From positions 4,774,001-4,838,000 of the forward strand of contig OX597826.1 in assembly GCA_951406725.2 (NCBI GenBank): a DNA stretch of 64,000 nt. Direction: 5' to 3'. The notes beneath the pieces are model-generated. The model was not told the DNA's origin and searched no databases. It was given only the letters and a program-made list of their open reading frames with translations. Shown in pieces: positions 1 to 13,602 of this stretch. Positions within the stretch are counted from its first letter, which is position 1, and the number at the start of each line of letters is the position of its first letter. The position numbers and the translations under genes are program-made. This DNA comes from Octopus vulgaris. Its lineage: Eukaryota.

Positions 1-111
1 GTCTAATTGCTTGGCACATTGGACATTTCGGTTCTATAATAACCACGGCCTTACGAACATACTTTGAATGAATGTGCTACGAAAAAACAATAGGAAACAA
101 TAGTCCATTTG

Positions 112-125
112 TATACACGCACACA

Positions 126-192
<67 letters not shown>
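112..192. repeat. (CA)n microsatellite
   Basis: Direct reading; one of many (CA)n/(TG)n tracts in the window. Confidence 0.95.
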
Positions 193-194
<2 letters not shown>

Positions 195-337
195 GCACAC
201 GCCTTCGGTCGCACACACAATCATATTGTTTTATTATATGTTATAAATTTTAAGCAATTTATATAACAGAAGAATACCTGAAGAAGAGTCAAGTAATTCA
301 AGTTTATTATACATATTATGTTTGGTTTGGGTATATA

Positions 338-655
338 CACGCTTGGTTTATTGTTTAGGACATTCACCTCATGGTCATAAGATCGTGAGTTCGATACTAG
401 GCAATATGTTATGTCCTTGAGCAAAACACTTTATGTCATGTTGCTCCAGTCTACTCACCGGTCAAAAATGAACAGTACCTGTATTTTAAAGAGCCACTTG
501 ACACATCTTTTGTCAGGTCGAATATTCCTGAGAAATACTTCAGTTTACACGTGACTCAGGAGTGCTCAGTTACTTGCACATTCATTTCACGAGCAGGGAG
601 TTGATTTGATTGCATAGATTGTAACGCTCGTCGTTGTAACCGACGGAATGCCAGT
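338..655 (+). mobile_element. tRNA-derived SINE, family D (degenerate)
   Basis: Decayed A-box/B-box head (TGGTTTATTGTTTAG...GAGTTCGATAC), CORE-like TCCTTGAGCAAAACACTT. 3' part (ATTTCACGAGC...CTCGTCGTTGTAACCGACGGAATGCCAGT) recurs at 45151-45270. Confidence 0.7.
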
Positions 656-700
656 AAAGTAAGCAATATACGAAAAACAGTGTATTTACATACATATACA

Positions 701-1113
701 TTATATATATAATATAAATTGGACATAAGTGATTGGTGCATTCTTTCTTGTCTTGAGGTTCACAGCCAAACGGTTGGGTGGATTCGCGTGAAAAATGGCA
801 CACGTGTGGAGACAGGTGCAGAGATTGGAATGCAGTTTGGATTTTTTTCCTAACCCCCAAACTTACCGAGAAAATTGATTAAAACATTTTCTAATGCAAT
901 TTCCCTCTTTCTTCTACCATTAAAACAACCAGTTGCTTAGAAGCTGTTTTCTGTCGGGTGGGGTCAGGAGATTTTCATATAGCTGGAGGCTTCAATCGAA
1001 ACGGGGGACCCGAAGTGATAAGGATGAGAAACGGTGTTATAGATTATGCCTAACCGAAAACGATCACAGCCACAAAATCTAAACAAGCCGGGTGAAACCG
1101 GGCTTAGCTCCTA

Positions 1114-1114
<1 letters not shown>
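701..1114 (+). mobile_element. Non-autonomous Helitron
   Basis: Starts A|T(C)TATATATATAAT-like; ends with GC hairpin GCCGGGTGAAACCGGGC (1087-1103) followed by CTAG|T (1111-1115). Confidence 0.7.
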
Positions 1115-1159
<45 letters not shown>

Positions 1160-2193
1160 GGTGTGTGTAGAGGAGGTGTTGAAATAATTTGCTCACCACA
1201 TAGTCATTTTAGAACCATAAGCTTGAGATAATTGAGCAAGCAAAATGCTCATCGTAGAAATTGACGAAGCATTTATTTATACTTTATTTGTGTATATAAA
1301 ACTCTCATAAATTATTTGCATATTTAAATATATTTACGTGTTTTTTCCGCTTGATAGAATTTTATAGCTAAGTAATTTCCATATAAATTTCTGAAAAATT
1401 TACTTTTTCATGTAAAAAGACATATTCAACAGTTAATAACCATAAGTAAAATGTACACACATGTATATACCTCAACACAGCCAATCATATTCTACGATAC
1501 ACTTCATGCGTACACATCAAAACCTATTTTGAAATAAGGAAGACATACTTTGTGCATCATACAAAGATGTACACGCATTCAGACTCACACATACACACAA
1601 GCACACATCCACTTACACTCAGACACAAACATATATTTCTGTGTAGGTGTATGCATATGTTTCACTGAATTTTTGTCTTGGGAGTGAAGGGGTATCAATG
1701 TATATAATAAAGAGGATATTGATTTTAAGTATCTTGAAGAGAATAAATATGAAATATTAAAAAGTAATTCATTACAACAGAAACCCATGCAAAAAATATA
1801 TATAAACATGCAGGCACACACTCACACAATCACACAGTAACCGACTGTTAACACACACGCTCAAGAATTACGCAAGTGTGCGTTGTATATATGCATGTGT
1901 GTGTACACACACACACACACACAAAATCACTGGACAGAATTACGTATAAAACTTGCTGCTATTTTCCTAACTGCTTGAATGATATTCTCCATATTTTAGT
2001 TAATATGCAATGGAGGGACAGAGGGCGAAAAATAATATTAATATAAATATATACTTACATACACACATACATATATTTAGATATATATATACGTACGTAT
2101 GTATGTATATATATAGCACTTTGTCCCTCAGTTGCATATTGGCTAAAGTATGAAAAACATTATATACGGAGATGGGTGAGTTATTATTATTAA

Positions 2194-2515
2194 GGCGGCG
2201 AGCTGGCAGAAACGTTAGCACGCCGGACGAAATGCTTAGCAGTATGTCGCCTGTCTTTACTTTCTGAGTTCAATTTCCGCCGAGGTCGACTTTACCTTTC
2301 ATCCTTTCGGTGTCGATAATTTAAGTACCAGTTGCGTATTGGGGTCGCTCTAATCGACTGGCTCCCCTCCTCAAAAATTTCGGGCCTCGTGCTTAGAGTA
2401 GAAAAGGAAAAATTAAGTACCAGTGAAACAGTGGGGTTCATGTAATCGACTTACCCCCTCCCTCCAATTTTTGGGCCCTGTGCCTACATTGGAGAGGATT
2501 ATTATTACTATTATT
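2194..2515 (+). mobile_element. SINE family A (tRNA head + Nin/Deu-like domain), tail type 1, with duplicated 3' portion
   Basis: GGCGGCGAGCTGGCAGAAACGTTAG head, GAGTTCAATTTCC B-box, GTCGACTTTACCTTTCATCCTTTCGG domain; 3' segment repeated at ~2411-2515, ends in (TTA)n. Confidence 0.9.
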
Positions 2516-3099
2516 GCTATAAATCTCTCGTTATGGAAATTACTGAAAGATTGAAATGGTGGTCAAAAAAACGAAAACAAGGAAAAGACATAATTCTAGT
2601 GTTTACCAGTAAAAAAAAATATATTAAAAAAGCTATATATTACAGAAAATATAAAAGTATAACAAAAAATTCTTGGAGAAATAAATATCATAAACTACCA
2701 TATATGCCATGATCAACATGACCAAAGTCCTCCTTCTCCACCACCTTTTTCTCTACCTCCTCTCTCTCTCCCTCTCCCTCCTCCACATCATCATCATCAG
2801 CAGCAGCAGCATCATTATCGTATCATACTGCTGTACAATAGCAACGGCATTAACATATAGAAATAACTGCAACGAAAACGACAATAATGATAATAATAAA
2901 GAAATATTGAGAACAAGAAAAAAAAATTTATAAGATGCAAGTAAACAAACATGAATTGATGGTAAATTGTATAAATACCTACGTAGACATTATTGGATAG
3001 TCAGACGGCCGGAAGCGGAAGTAAGCATAGAATGATTTTACTGTAAAGCGATATCGATTACGACATTTTATTTCATTTTATTTATATTTATGTATTATG

Positions 3100-3277
<178 letters not shown>

Positions 3278-3474
3278 TATATATTATATATATATGTATG
3301 CATATATATATATGCCTATGCGAGCTGAATGAAGAGAATGGGATTAATAATGTTGATGATAATATAAATAATAATGATCGTGGTGATGACGAAAGAAAAT
3401 ACGATGAGAGAAAAAAAGAAGGGGGGAAGGAAAAAGGGACAGAATTAGAGAATCAGTGAGAGACAGTGTAACAG

Positions 3475-3518
<44 letters not shown>

Positions 3519-4675
3519 GTAGTTTCTGTGTGTGTGTGAGCTGCGTGTGTAGCTGTGTGTGTGCACGTACGTGTATGTTTGTTTGCGTATGCGTTATGCA
3601 TAGCATTCAATATTGATGTATTTATATATACTTGTATAATGGTTTCCAGAGGCATATATACATACATTTAGGTATATATATGTATATGAATGTACGTACG
3701 TATGTATGTATGTATGTATGTATTTATGTATGTATGTATGTATGTATATATGTGTATGTATGTATGTATGTATGTATGTATGTGCGTATGTAGATACGTG
3801 TATCTTTCTCCCACTCTGTCCTTCAGTTTCTCACTCACTCTCTAAACCTGTCCGCTTTTCCTTCCCTCTTTTTTTTCTCTGAAAGTATTTTCGTCATGTG
3901 TCTGTATGTGTGTATGTGTAGGTATATGGCTATATATTATACGATATAAGCACGGGAAATAATCATAAAGATTAAATCTCAATATATATAATAGCTTTAA
4001 ACATCGGAATTTCACATGTTAAATTTATTTCCATGTACGCAGTCCATATAGCGTGGAATAGGCTATAACTGATGAAGAGGACAAAACACATTTAAAGAAT
4101 AAAAGCAGATGATATCTATGATATCGTCCTCTTTCGTTATATTATCAAAACTTTTTTGAAATACGCTATTTCAAAATAATCTTGATAATGTGTTTCTTAA
4201 TTGTAATTATATAATTATTCAAGTGTGGTTATTTCAGTGATGATACGTAAGAGTTACTGGCGAAGGGTATGTATATTTGAAATATCCCTGATATTAACTC
4301 ATGTTATTCTTTTAATATGTATATACACAGATACATACACCGAAGTCCAGTTACATCGGTATAATCATTGTGACACTTAAGCCATTGCATATCAAGATAT
4401 TTCGGGATAATGATAAACAGTAATGGCTCTCGGATGGGCAAAATTCTTGGGAGCAATTATTGAGTGCAGTGAATGATGCAAAAAAGCTGAGGAGGTGAAC
4501 GAGGAGTTCAGGTATACCTTATCTGAGGGACCATGTGTCAACGCCACGAGCAAAGTAGCTGTGAGCTACAGAGACATTTAGTAGTTATAATAAAGCTATC
4601 GCAGCTCTCTCTGTCTTTACACACACACACACTTCTCTCTCTCTCTCTCTCTCTCTCTCTTTATATATATATATA

Positions 4676-4720
<45 letters not shown>

Positions 4721-4722
<2 letters not shown>

Positions 4723-5125
4723 TCTTTTACTCTTTTACTTGTTTCAGTCATTTAACTGTGGCCATACTGGGGCACCGCCTTTATTCGAGCAAACCGACCC
4801 CAGGACTTATTCTTTGTAAGCCTAGTACTTATTCTATCGGTTTCATTTGCCGAACCACTAAGTTACGGGGACGTAAACACACCAGTATCGGTTGTCAATC
4901 GATGTTGGGAGGACAAACACAAACACACAAATATATACACACACATGTATAACTACATATATACGAAGGGCTTCTTTCAGTTTCCGTCTACCAAATCCAC
5001 CCACAAGGCTTTGGTCGGCCCGAGGCTATAGTAGAAGAGACTTGCCCAAGGTGCCACACTATGGGACTGAACCCGGAACCATGTGGGTCGTAAGCAAACT
5101 ACTTACCACACAGCCACACCTACAC
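4721..5125 (-). mobile_element. SINE family B (tRNA head + CORE-like domain + CR1-type tail), near full length
   Basis: Reverse complement of the copies at 51593 and 55649; CTTGCCCAAGGTGCC core, (TACTCTTT)n tail. Confidence 0.92.
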
Positions 5126-5139
5126 ACACACACAAACAA

Positions 5140-5180
<41 letters not shown>

Positions 5181-5691
5181 ATCCACCTGTTGAAGAGTGC
5201 AGGCATTTTTTTAGTAAGACTTTAAAATATGTTGTTTTAAATAAAATATCAAGAATTTCAAATCAAACAACAAAGACATGATATCTTTTCATACACACCT
5301 GTTAACATACCCAACCACATGATCTCCAGCATTATCCGAAAATCACCGACACACGCGAATAGGCCGTGCACAAATACACAGGCATACATTCTTGCTGTTT
5401 TTTCTTTCATGTTTCCATTCAAGGATTGCCCATCGATTTTTCTATTGTTATAGATCTTCATATTCGAATGCGTTTTCTCACGTACATGTGTTTATATATA
5501 CGTGTATGTTTGTGTGTGAGAAACATAGAGAGAAAGACAGAGAAAGTGAGAGAGAGGGTACTTATGTATATATGTGTGTGCATATGATTATACACCTATA
5601 CGTATATATTATATATATATACTCATATTTATATTTACCTGTAGGTATATATTCATATGCAAACATATACGTTAGAACATACACACACAAA

Positions 5692-5755
<64 letters not shown>

Positions 5756-6289
5756 CCAGCTTAGAGAAGAAGAAACGAAACGAAACCAAACAAATCGAAT
5801 CGAATCGACGCGAAGGCGCTCAGTCATACAATAGTGTAATAAATAGCACACATAAACACACACATATACGTGCATACATGAAGCTCTGTAATCTTTGTCA
5901 AAAATAACAATAAATATATACATAGATAAATACATAAATAAATAAATAAATAAAACTAGTACATCAATCAGAATGTGAAATCCTTCGAAGCAAACATTAA
6001 AGAAACGAAAGATAATTAGGAATTTTAAAAAAAATCTTGTATAAATCTATAAATAAAAAAGAGCAACAGAATTAACGCATATCATCAGTAAACAGTTGCG
6101 AACCCCATATCATGATGTAACACAAACGAGTACAATACGCATCTTACATAATTCTTCTAATATTAAATCAACTAAAATTCTAAAATCAATTGAGATCCCC
6201 ATGCTTGCCGCTCAGCACCAAGATTAAAATGCTTCGTGAAAGGGGGAAAATGTCTTGTGTAAAATAGCGCTATATTATGGAAATAACCA

Positions 6290-6353
6290 ATGGGGAAAAA
6301 ACAACAAGCAGATGTCTTAGTTTGACGATCGGGAAAGTGAAAAACTCTTTTAC
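6290..6353 (-). mobile_element. Fragment of Penelope-like terminal repeat family
   Basis: CAGATGTCTTAGTTTGACGATCGGGAAAGTGAAAAACTCTTTTAC resembles 17484-17527; ribozyme core missing. Confidence 0.45.
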
Positions 6354-7975
6354 ATATTAATGACGTATATATATATATATATATTTACTACTCTAAGAAC
6401 CAGTCAATTCATATTACTAATTGCTTCAAAGTCTCTGAAATCATGTCCCAATGGTTATTCATTTGACATCTGTTTGTTGCAATGCAGCCATTTATAATTT
6501 TACTAATCTTAATCATAAACGCGGTAAAGGGAGACCACTTTGGAATAAGTTACGATATACTACATACTTGCATAAATACATTGTGTGTTTGGATATATGT
6601 GTGTGTGTGTATGTGTTCGTCTTCATGTTTGATTACTCAGTTCCACTTGTTTCTTCTACTCTTTTCGTTGTCCTTATATTTCCAAGAATGCTACGATTCC
6701 TGTATTTCTTCTGCATCTCCTCTCATATTCTCACCATTTCTCCTCTTCTGTTACCATTTCTACTCATTCTGCAACTCGTAACCCTATATTAGCTTACCTT
6801 GCGTTTTTCTTCTTCTCAAGCTTTTAGTCTCACCCCCCCCCTCATTCGTTAGGCTTTTTCTTCCACGTATTCACTTTCTTTTTCCTTCCTATTCTTCTTC
6901 GCCCTCTTTCTTTCATGAAATCTCTCCCTATCTTTCGCTTTTTTTTCTGTTTCCCCCTCTTTCTCCCTCTCATTCGATCGCTCCCTCTTTCTCTCTCTCG
7001 TTCAATCTCTCTCACTCTCTCTTTCTCCTCATTCATTCTCTCTCATTCCCTCTTTCTTCTTCTCACTCAGTCTCTCTCACTCTCTCTCCTCCCCTTCTCA
7101 CTCAGTCTATTCCTCTTTCCCTCTCGGTCAGTCTCTTCCTCCATCTGCATATTCTTCACTTTCTTTGTCTCCTCCAGCTTCTGTATAAACTACAAACGAC
7201 AATGTTACATGGAAAGCCTTTGGGAAGCGGAAATAATTAGTTGAAAGCAAAAAAGACAATTCATGACATTTACCTTTAATTTACAGACATTAAAGGCAAA
7301 ATATATCGACATTATTTTCACTCATCACGTGAAACAGTTTTTGCTTCATCTGCGTTTTCTCCTTCTTCGATTCTTTCTTTCTTATTTGCAAAAAAAAAAA
7401 AAAAAAATTATAATAATATTTAAATTTTTCTGGAAGTAATTCGTGTGTCCTAGTTTCTTCTCTTCATAAGAAAGACAAAACCAGGCAGCAGAGCGTAAAG
7501 GAGAGAAGATCTAAGAAGAGTAAATGACAAGAAAAAAATTAACAGGAAAATATTTTATGAAATTTTATATATAACACTGTATAAGCGCGCGCACACACAA
7601 ACACCGATATGTATGTATATATATACGATGTCATCTGATCTTTGTGTGTGTGTGTGCATGTATGTGTGTATGCTCATACGTATCACTTAATTTGCTTCTA
7701 TATTCATAAAATACTTTTTTCTATTTAAATATTACAATATTTACTTCCACTGGAAAATGTCGACTGTGCATTTCTTCTTTTACTCGTTCGTCTTTTACTT
7801 CCTCTCCTTTTTTTCTCTCTTTTCTCCAGTTCCTTCTCTTCCTCTTCCACCATAGATTGCCTCCGCGTCTTTCGTTCAAATCTTGCTATGGACAAGTACC
7901 AGCGAAATACTGGAATGAATTTGATTATAGTCACTTTATAAATTATCATACATCAAATATTAGTATGCTTACTAA

Positions 7976-8178
7976 GGCGTCGAATTGGTAGATTTGTTAG
8001 CGCACCTTTTTTTCCATCTTTACGTACTGAATTCCAAATTCGCCGAGGTTGATTTTGCCCTCCATCCTTTCTATGTCGATAAAATACGTACCAGTTGACC
8101 TCTGGGGCCGATATGATGAATTTAAGCCCTTTTCTAAAACCGCTGGTTTTGTGACAAAAGTTGAAATTAATATTATTA
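7976..8178 (+). mobile_element. SINE family A, diverged
   Basis: CGCCGAGGTTGATTTTGCCCTCCATCCTTTC...GTCGATAAAATACGTACCAG matches the family A domain. Confidence 0.8.
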
Positions 8179-9744
8179 CACTTTATATATACAGAAGCGA
8201 TGGTTTGTTAGAACTGGTACAAAATAAGCCACAGAGACATATGTATGTTTATCACACTCCTTTTCGTTCTCGATTCTTGCCGGTGTAAATGTTTTAATTT
8301 CTTTTATCCAGTAAAAGTGGGTCTAACATACGAAAGAATTCATTGTAATTTCAAGGGTAGACTTCGTTGATATTTCCTTTCTTTGAAGTGTGTGTGTATG
8401 TCTTTGATTGCGCTAGGAATACATAATCCTATTATTGGGGTATTTAAGTGCGAAGTGTTGACCAAAGGAGGGAAGAAAAACACTTCCTGGCAGGTTAAAC
8501 TTCAAATCACGAGGATATCAATTCTGCCTTTCAGACTTCTGGTTTCGATTAATCGCCAGTAAAGTACTACAGTTCATATATTCGACTGTTCCTTCTGACC
8601 AATTTCTTGACATTCGTCATATGTAAGTAATTATGAATATTAGGCGATTTATATATTGAAATTTTTTTTATTCTTGCCGGATCTTCATAGCAGGCAAGGT
8701 GACCAGGTGGTAGTGTTCCACCTTTCTACATGTATTCTTTAAAATGGGATTGGATAACTGAGAGCATACAAAGCAATGGTTCCTTGTTTGATTTACTTCA
8801 ACATATTCGCTTGGTGCACTCCTGTGAGCAGTAAATTTTGAATAGCTTTCTTCATGAGGACCGCCTTCTGCATGATAATCAACCTAGCGAGCAGCGGCTG
8901 GAATACAGAAAGTAATTTCCCATCCATATCTAACCTTTGATATACATTTCGAGAGAAAATCATGATTAGCTTCAGAGAGGCAATTTGAGAATGATTTTCC
9001 TTCCAAATGGCAGGAGAATCATCATTGCCGAAAACTTCCTTTCTGGTTTTCGAACACCATGGGACACAATGACACTCAACAGCCCAAGAACAAGAATGGA
9101 ATGAGCAAAAGCTGTTGTTTCAGTGCATATCCAAAGCTATTCTGTATCGAATCATAATAAAATAAGATAAAGAATTTCGTTTTGTTTTTGTGACATATAT
9201 TTCATCCAATCAGTGAATCCATCATTTTTTCGTACTGGAAAGGTTCGTTTCGCTTCTCCTAGCAGTGCTTTTTAGTTTATTTATTTATTTTAGCTTTCGA
9301 ACATTTGTTTCGTTTCGATTTACTTTGTGTTGTTGGCTTTGATATTTTTCTCCCTTTCTCTCTTCGCTGACACGATTTGTTCATGCCTCGATTCTTTTAT
9401 AAGAAAACTGAGAATTTAAAAAAGATAGGAGAAAGAAGACAAAACCAGAAGGTGAAATAGGAATCTGAGCAACAACAACAACACTAGCCTACATCGGATA
9501 ATACGAATACTACGAAAGGAGCAGCAACCTATTGTAATATCGCCCACAAAAGCACGTACATACACGTGCATGTATGCATACATACGGAAGCATAAGCGCA
9601 AGCATTTAGATATGTGTGTATGTCTGTGCGTTTTCCAACCCGCTATAATAACATTAGAATATTCTTCGAATAACACCTTACCATATTTTTCTTTAAAGAA
9701 ATACAAAATGAAGAATACACACCTTGTTATACTATACCTGAAAA

Positions 9745-9825
9745 GATGATCGATGATGAATGCGTTTGATCACTTGTTTGCCCAAGCATGGATGACCTGG
9801 GGCTAAACAAAAAACAAACAAAAAA
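9745..9825 (+). mobile_element. 3' fragment of SINE family C
   Basis: TTTGATCA...GACCTGGGGCTAAACAA + A/AAC tail; related to 12551-12595 and to the reverse of 61708-61765. Confidence 0.5.
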
Positions 9826-10078
9826 AAAAACAACGGCATAGAAAGAAATATATACTTATTTTCCCTTGCACTTTTGTTGTTGAATTATGTATCTGTGTGC
9901 ATATGTGTATGTGTAAGCGTGTGTAGAAAATACACACATACACACACTGGCACATGTGAGAGAGGAATATTGGTAGAGATATGAATGGCTAAATAGATGG
10001 ATAAATATTAATATAATTATATACACGTGTACATATAGATGATTGTGTACATATATACATACATTTATGTATATATGT

Positions 10079-10131
<53 letters not shown>

Positions 10132-10323
10132 CGTATGTATCAGTGTATGCATTTATCTGCGTGGGTGTGGTTATGTGTTAGCTTGGATGTTAGGAAATGG
10201 AAAAAAAAAATCTCTTCATATATGTTGCGCAGTTTATATTAAATGAGTTGAATATTATCAACTAAAGATCTTCTCAAATAAACTTTCAATTCATATGCAT
10301 GCATATGATGTTGTTATTGTTCA

Positions 10324-10545
10324 AGGTGTCAAACTGGGAGATGAGCTCGGATGCCCGCCAAAATGCATAGCAGTTTTGCGTCCGTCTATACATCCTGAGT
10401 TCAAATTCCACCGAAGTCGACTTTCGCGTTTCATCTGTTCGGGGTCTATGAAATAAGTACCTTTTGAGCACTGGGATCGATGAAATTGATTTCGCCCCTT
10501 CTCACCAAATTTCAGGCCTTCTGCATATTGTGAAAGGGTTAATAT
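10324..10545 (+). mobile_element. SINE family A, diverged, tail type 1
   Basis: GAGTTCAAATTCCACCGAAGTCGACTTT...AAATTTCAGGCCTT. Confidence 0.82.
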
Positions 10546-10559
10546 ATATATTATTGTTA

Positions 10560-10765
10560 AAGTGGTGAGCTGAAAGAATTGGTAACACGCCGGACAAAAT
10601 GCTTGGAATTATTTCCTGAGTTCAAGTTCCGCCGAGCTCGACTTTGCATTTCATCTTCTCGAGGTTGATAAAATAACGACTGCTTGAAGACTGAGATCGG
10701 TGTAGACGACTATCGACCTTCCCCAAAGTTTCAGACTTAGTGCCTATAATATAAAGTACTACACT
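10560..10765 (+). mobile_element. SINE family A, diverged
   Basis: GGTGAGCTG...CACGCCGGACAAAATGCTT...GAGTTCAAGTTCCGCCGAGCTCGACTTTGCATTTCATC. Confidence 0.82.
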
Positions 10766-11074
10766 TACTATTGTTGCTGTCTTCTTCCAATCAGGACTCA
10801 CGCCATTAGCCACAAAGAATAATCTATAATTCGAACCTACTCTAAGCTACTAAGAATGCGTGTGGCAACCTGAAGATCCACCCACCACACGCGATAGACT
10901 GGTTGTTGCACGGGCGCGAAAGCTACGTTGTTATCCTCATTCCGTAAACGGTGGCTTTTTAACGGGTGGAGAGCTGAACCATCCCGGGGTACAGAGGATT
11001 CGCAATCTAGACTAAGGTCTGAAAGTTTACCACACCATAGTGGGTTACACCATGGTTCCTCTGCTTTGTGGCAG

Positions 11075-11267
11075 AAGCAGGAAGAAAGAGTGAGGGAAAG
11101 TTGTGGCGAAAGAGTACAGCTGGGTTCACCACCCTCCCCCGCTGAAGCCTGGTGGAGCTTAGGTGGTTTTGCTCAATAAAAACTCACAATGCCTGGTCTG
11201 GGAATCGAAACCGCGTTCTTACAACCGCGAGTCCGCAGCCCTAACCACTGGGCCATTGCACATCCAC
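11075..11267 (-). mobile_element. tRNA-derived SINE (family D-related) 5' part
   Basis: Minus strand reads TGGCCCAGTGGTTAGGG (A box)...GGTTTCGATTCCC (B box)...TTGAGCAAAACCACCT. Confidence 0.8.
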
Positions 11268-12108
11268 TGTTGTTGCTGTTGTCAATGCATTGATAAAATC
11301 GCTAGAATGATAGACATCACAATATGCAGTATTAAGTTACCTTCTGAGTTCGAATTCCTCGATAGTACCTTCGTACTTCTTGTTTTCCGAGTCAGTGAAA
11401 CACACTACCAGTCATGTATTGGGTTCAATGTAAACCGCCAAATTCAAGTGTCGACAAGTCATCCTTATCTTTCTATTGTTGTTGTTTCGTTTAAACACAA
11501 AAGCACACACAGACATACACACACAAACACGGGTTTCGGAACATAATCTTATCCGCCAAATTTGTTCGCAAGCATGATCAAAGAATAAATTCCTAGGCGT
11601 CAAGACGGCAATATTTACTAACTTCATCGGACGAATTTCTGACATGAAAGAGGGTCTTTGGAATGAGACCAACATAACATTTATGCTCTAAAAGAAGCCA
11701 AGAAAATTAAGACAAAAATCCGAACTTTTACGACAAAAGCATTTTACCTTAAGCTGACAGGATATATAACGGCACGAAAAATGCCTTAGCATCTCTAACT
11801 GTCGGTCTTTTAAGCCTCTCTTTCTGTCCCTCACCTACCTCTTGTTCTCTCTCTTTTCCCTTTCTCTTTCTCTATTCTTTCTCTCACTATATATATATGC
11901 ACTCACACTCTCACATACGCTTACACACAGACTGAGCGAGAGAGATGAGAGTTGGTAACATGATGAAAGTAAATATACATTTCTGAGAATATCGGTTTCT
12001 TTTCCTCCTTTCTTCCTCACAGTGTATGCGTGTATATATATATATATATATCCATCATCCGATCTTCCTTTCGTGGCGTATAACATTTTATTTATTCTAT
12101 GGTATATG

Positions 12109-12275
12109 TATTTCTTATTTCTTTATTGCCCACAAGGGACTAAACATAGAGGGGACAAACAAGGACAGACAAAGGGATTATGTCGATTACATCGACCCGA
12201 GTGCGTAACTGGTACTTAATTTATCGACCCCGAAAGGATGAAATGCAAAGTCGACCTATTTCTTCACTACCCACA
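12109..12275 (-). mobile_element. SINE family A 3' part, tail type 2
   Basis: Reverse complement of the 47250-47393 segment, plus a dimer-junction remnant CTATTTCTTCACTACCCACA. Confidence 0.9.
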
Positions 12276-12318
12276 TACTTGGTTCACTACATAGTTACAT
12301 GTTTTTAATTCGTCACTT

Positions 12319-12460
12319 CACCGAAAGAATAAGTGCTAGACTTAAAATGAAGTACTAGTCTCGATTTTTATTTCGACTTAACCATTCAAAGCGGCGCACC
12401 AGCATGGCAGTGGTTCAATGACTGAAAGAATTGAAAGAAAAGAAAAAGAAAAAAAAAAGA
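12319..12460 (+). mobile_element. SINE family B 3' fragment, diverged
   Basis: GAATAAGTGCTAG...GCGGCGCACCAGCATGGC...AATGACTGAAA + AAAGA tail. Confidence 0.7.
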
Positions 12461-13550
12461 TAAAACGTAATAATTCTGGGAATCTATATTGATCTGAATA
12501 ATTTTGGCTATTCCACATTCATCATTAAGACTGCTTAATTAGAGTTGTTTACTTTGATCAGAGGTCTGCTCACCTGGAGCTAATCAACAAAAACAGTTCT
12601 TAGAAGAAAGAAAGGCTATTCCGGTAATATTTTTATGATGCTATTTTTATTTTTTAGCAAATACACTTAATTGGCTTCAATAGTTATTCACTATTGAAAA
12701 AGAAAAATATTTCGTTTCACAATATGTACTAAAAATGTCTGTCTCTGAACATAGTAAACGCACATAAAACCACAGCAGCTTCAGTATCTTGAGACACATT
12801 CGATATCATTAATTTATATATTTAATGAGGGATGGGCTCATTGCTTCCTTGATTGACTAACAGAAGGTCTCAGTATCCTATTGCCAATTAATATTAATCT
12901 TGCTTCTCATCAAGATTTTTCTGTGGCCTACGTTTACGTTAGATGTCTCGATGTTTGTGTGAAAACTAAATCTTAAACTGGTTAAATAAATGCTGTCATT
13001 AGTATATAACGTACACTACAAACAGTGTAGTTGGTGTACTGATAATAAGAGAAAATTGATGGTTAGAAGTGTATGGAACTGTTATGATGAACATGGTATT
13101 TCGACATACATAAGTGAGGCTCTTTAGAGAGTGTCTCTAATGGAGGTTGCAAACATGTGTTCCTATGAAATATATGACAATATTATCAACAATAGTAGAC
13201 TAAAAAAAAAAATATTATCAACAATATTAGACTTAAAAAAAATTATTCCTTCATCAGGAATCGTTAAAACCTCTTCGAATAATGTTACCTCATCTTCGTA
13301 AGTGATTTCAAAGGTATTAAGGAGGAATTTATCGCGTGAGGCTTATTAAAAGATGTTATAACAACCGTAGTATAAATGTCTGTCCATATATGCATCATTA
13401 AACGCTATTGAACCACAAGAGAATATTTCCTGACTCATCAGAGTCAGTATTATTAATGCAACAGTTTGTGATATGTCTCATGTAAATACACAAACAACAT
13501 ATGTTTCTAAAATGTAAATCTTGTGGATACACAATATAAACATTCCCCTC

Positions 13551-13602
<52 letters not shown>

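Noticed and set aside
4069-4090. CTGATGAAGAG (and CTGAAGAAGAG near 278)
   Set aside because: No stem II or GAAAC half.
6482-6781. ORF starting with signal-peptide-like MQPFIILLILIINAVKG
   Set aside because: Runs into a (TG)n tract and pyrimidine-rich sequence; hydrophobic runs arise by chance in AT-rich DNA.
8690-9130. Complex sequence that looked like decayed coding DNA
   Set aside because: The frame I translated has stops and I recognised no family.
11190-11267. tRNA-like sequence
   Set aside because: SINE head: no acceptor stem closure, continues into SINE body.
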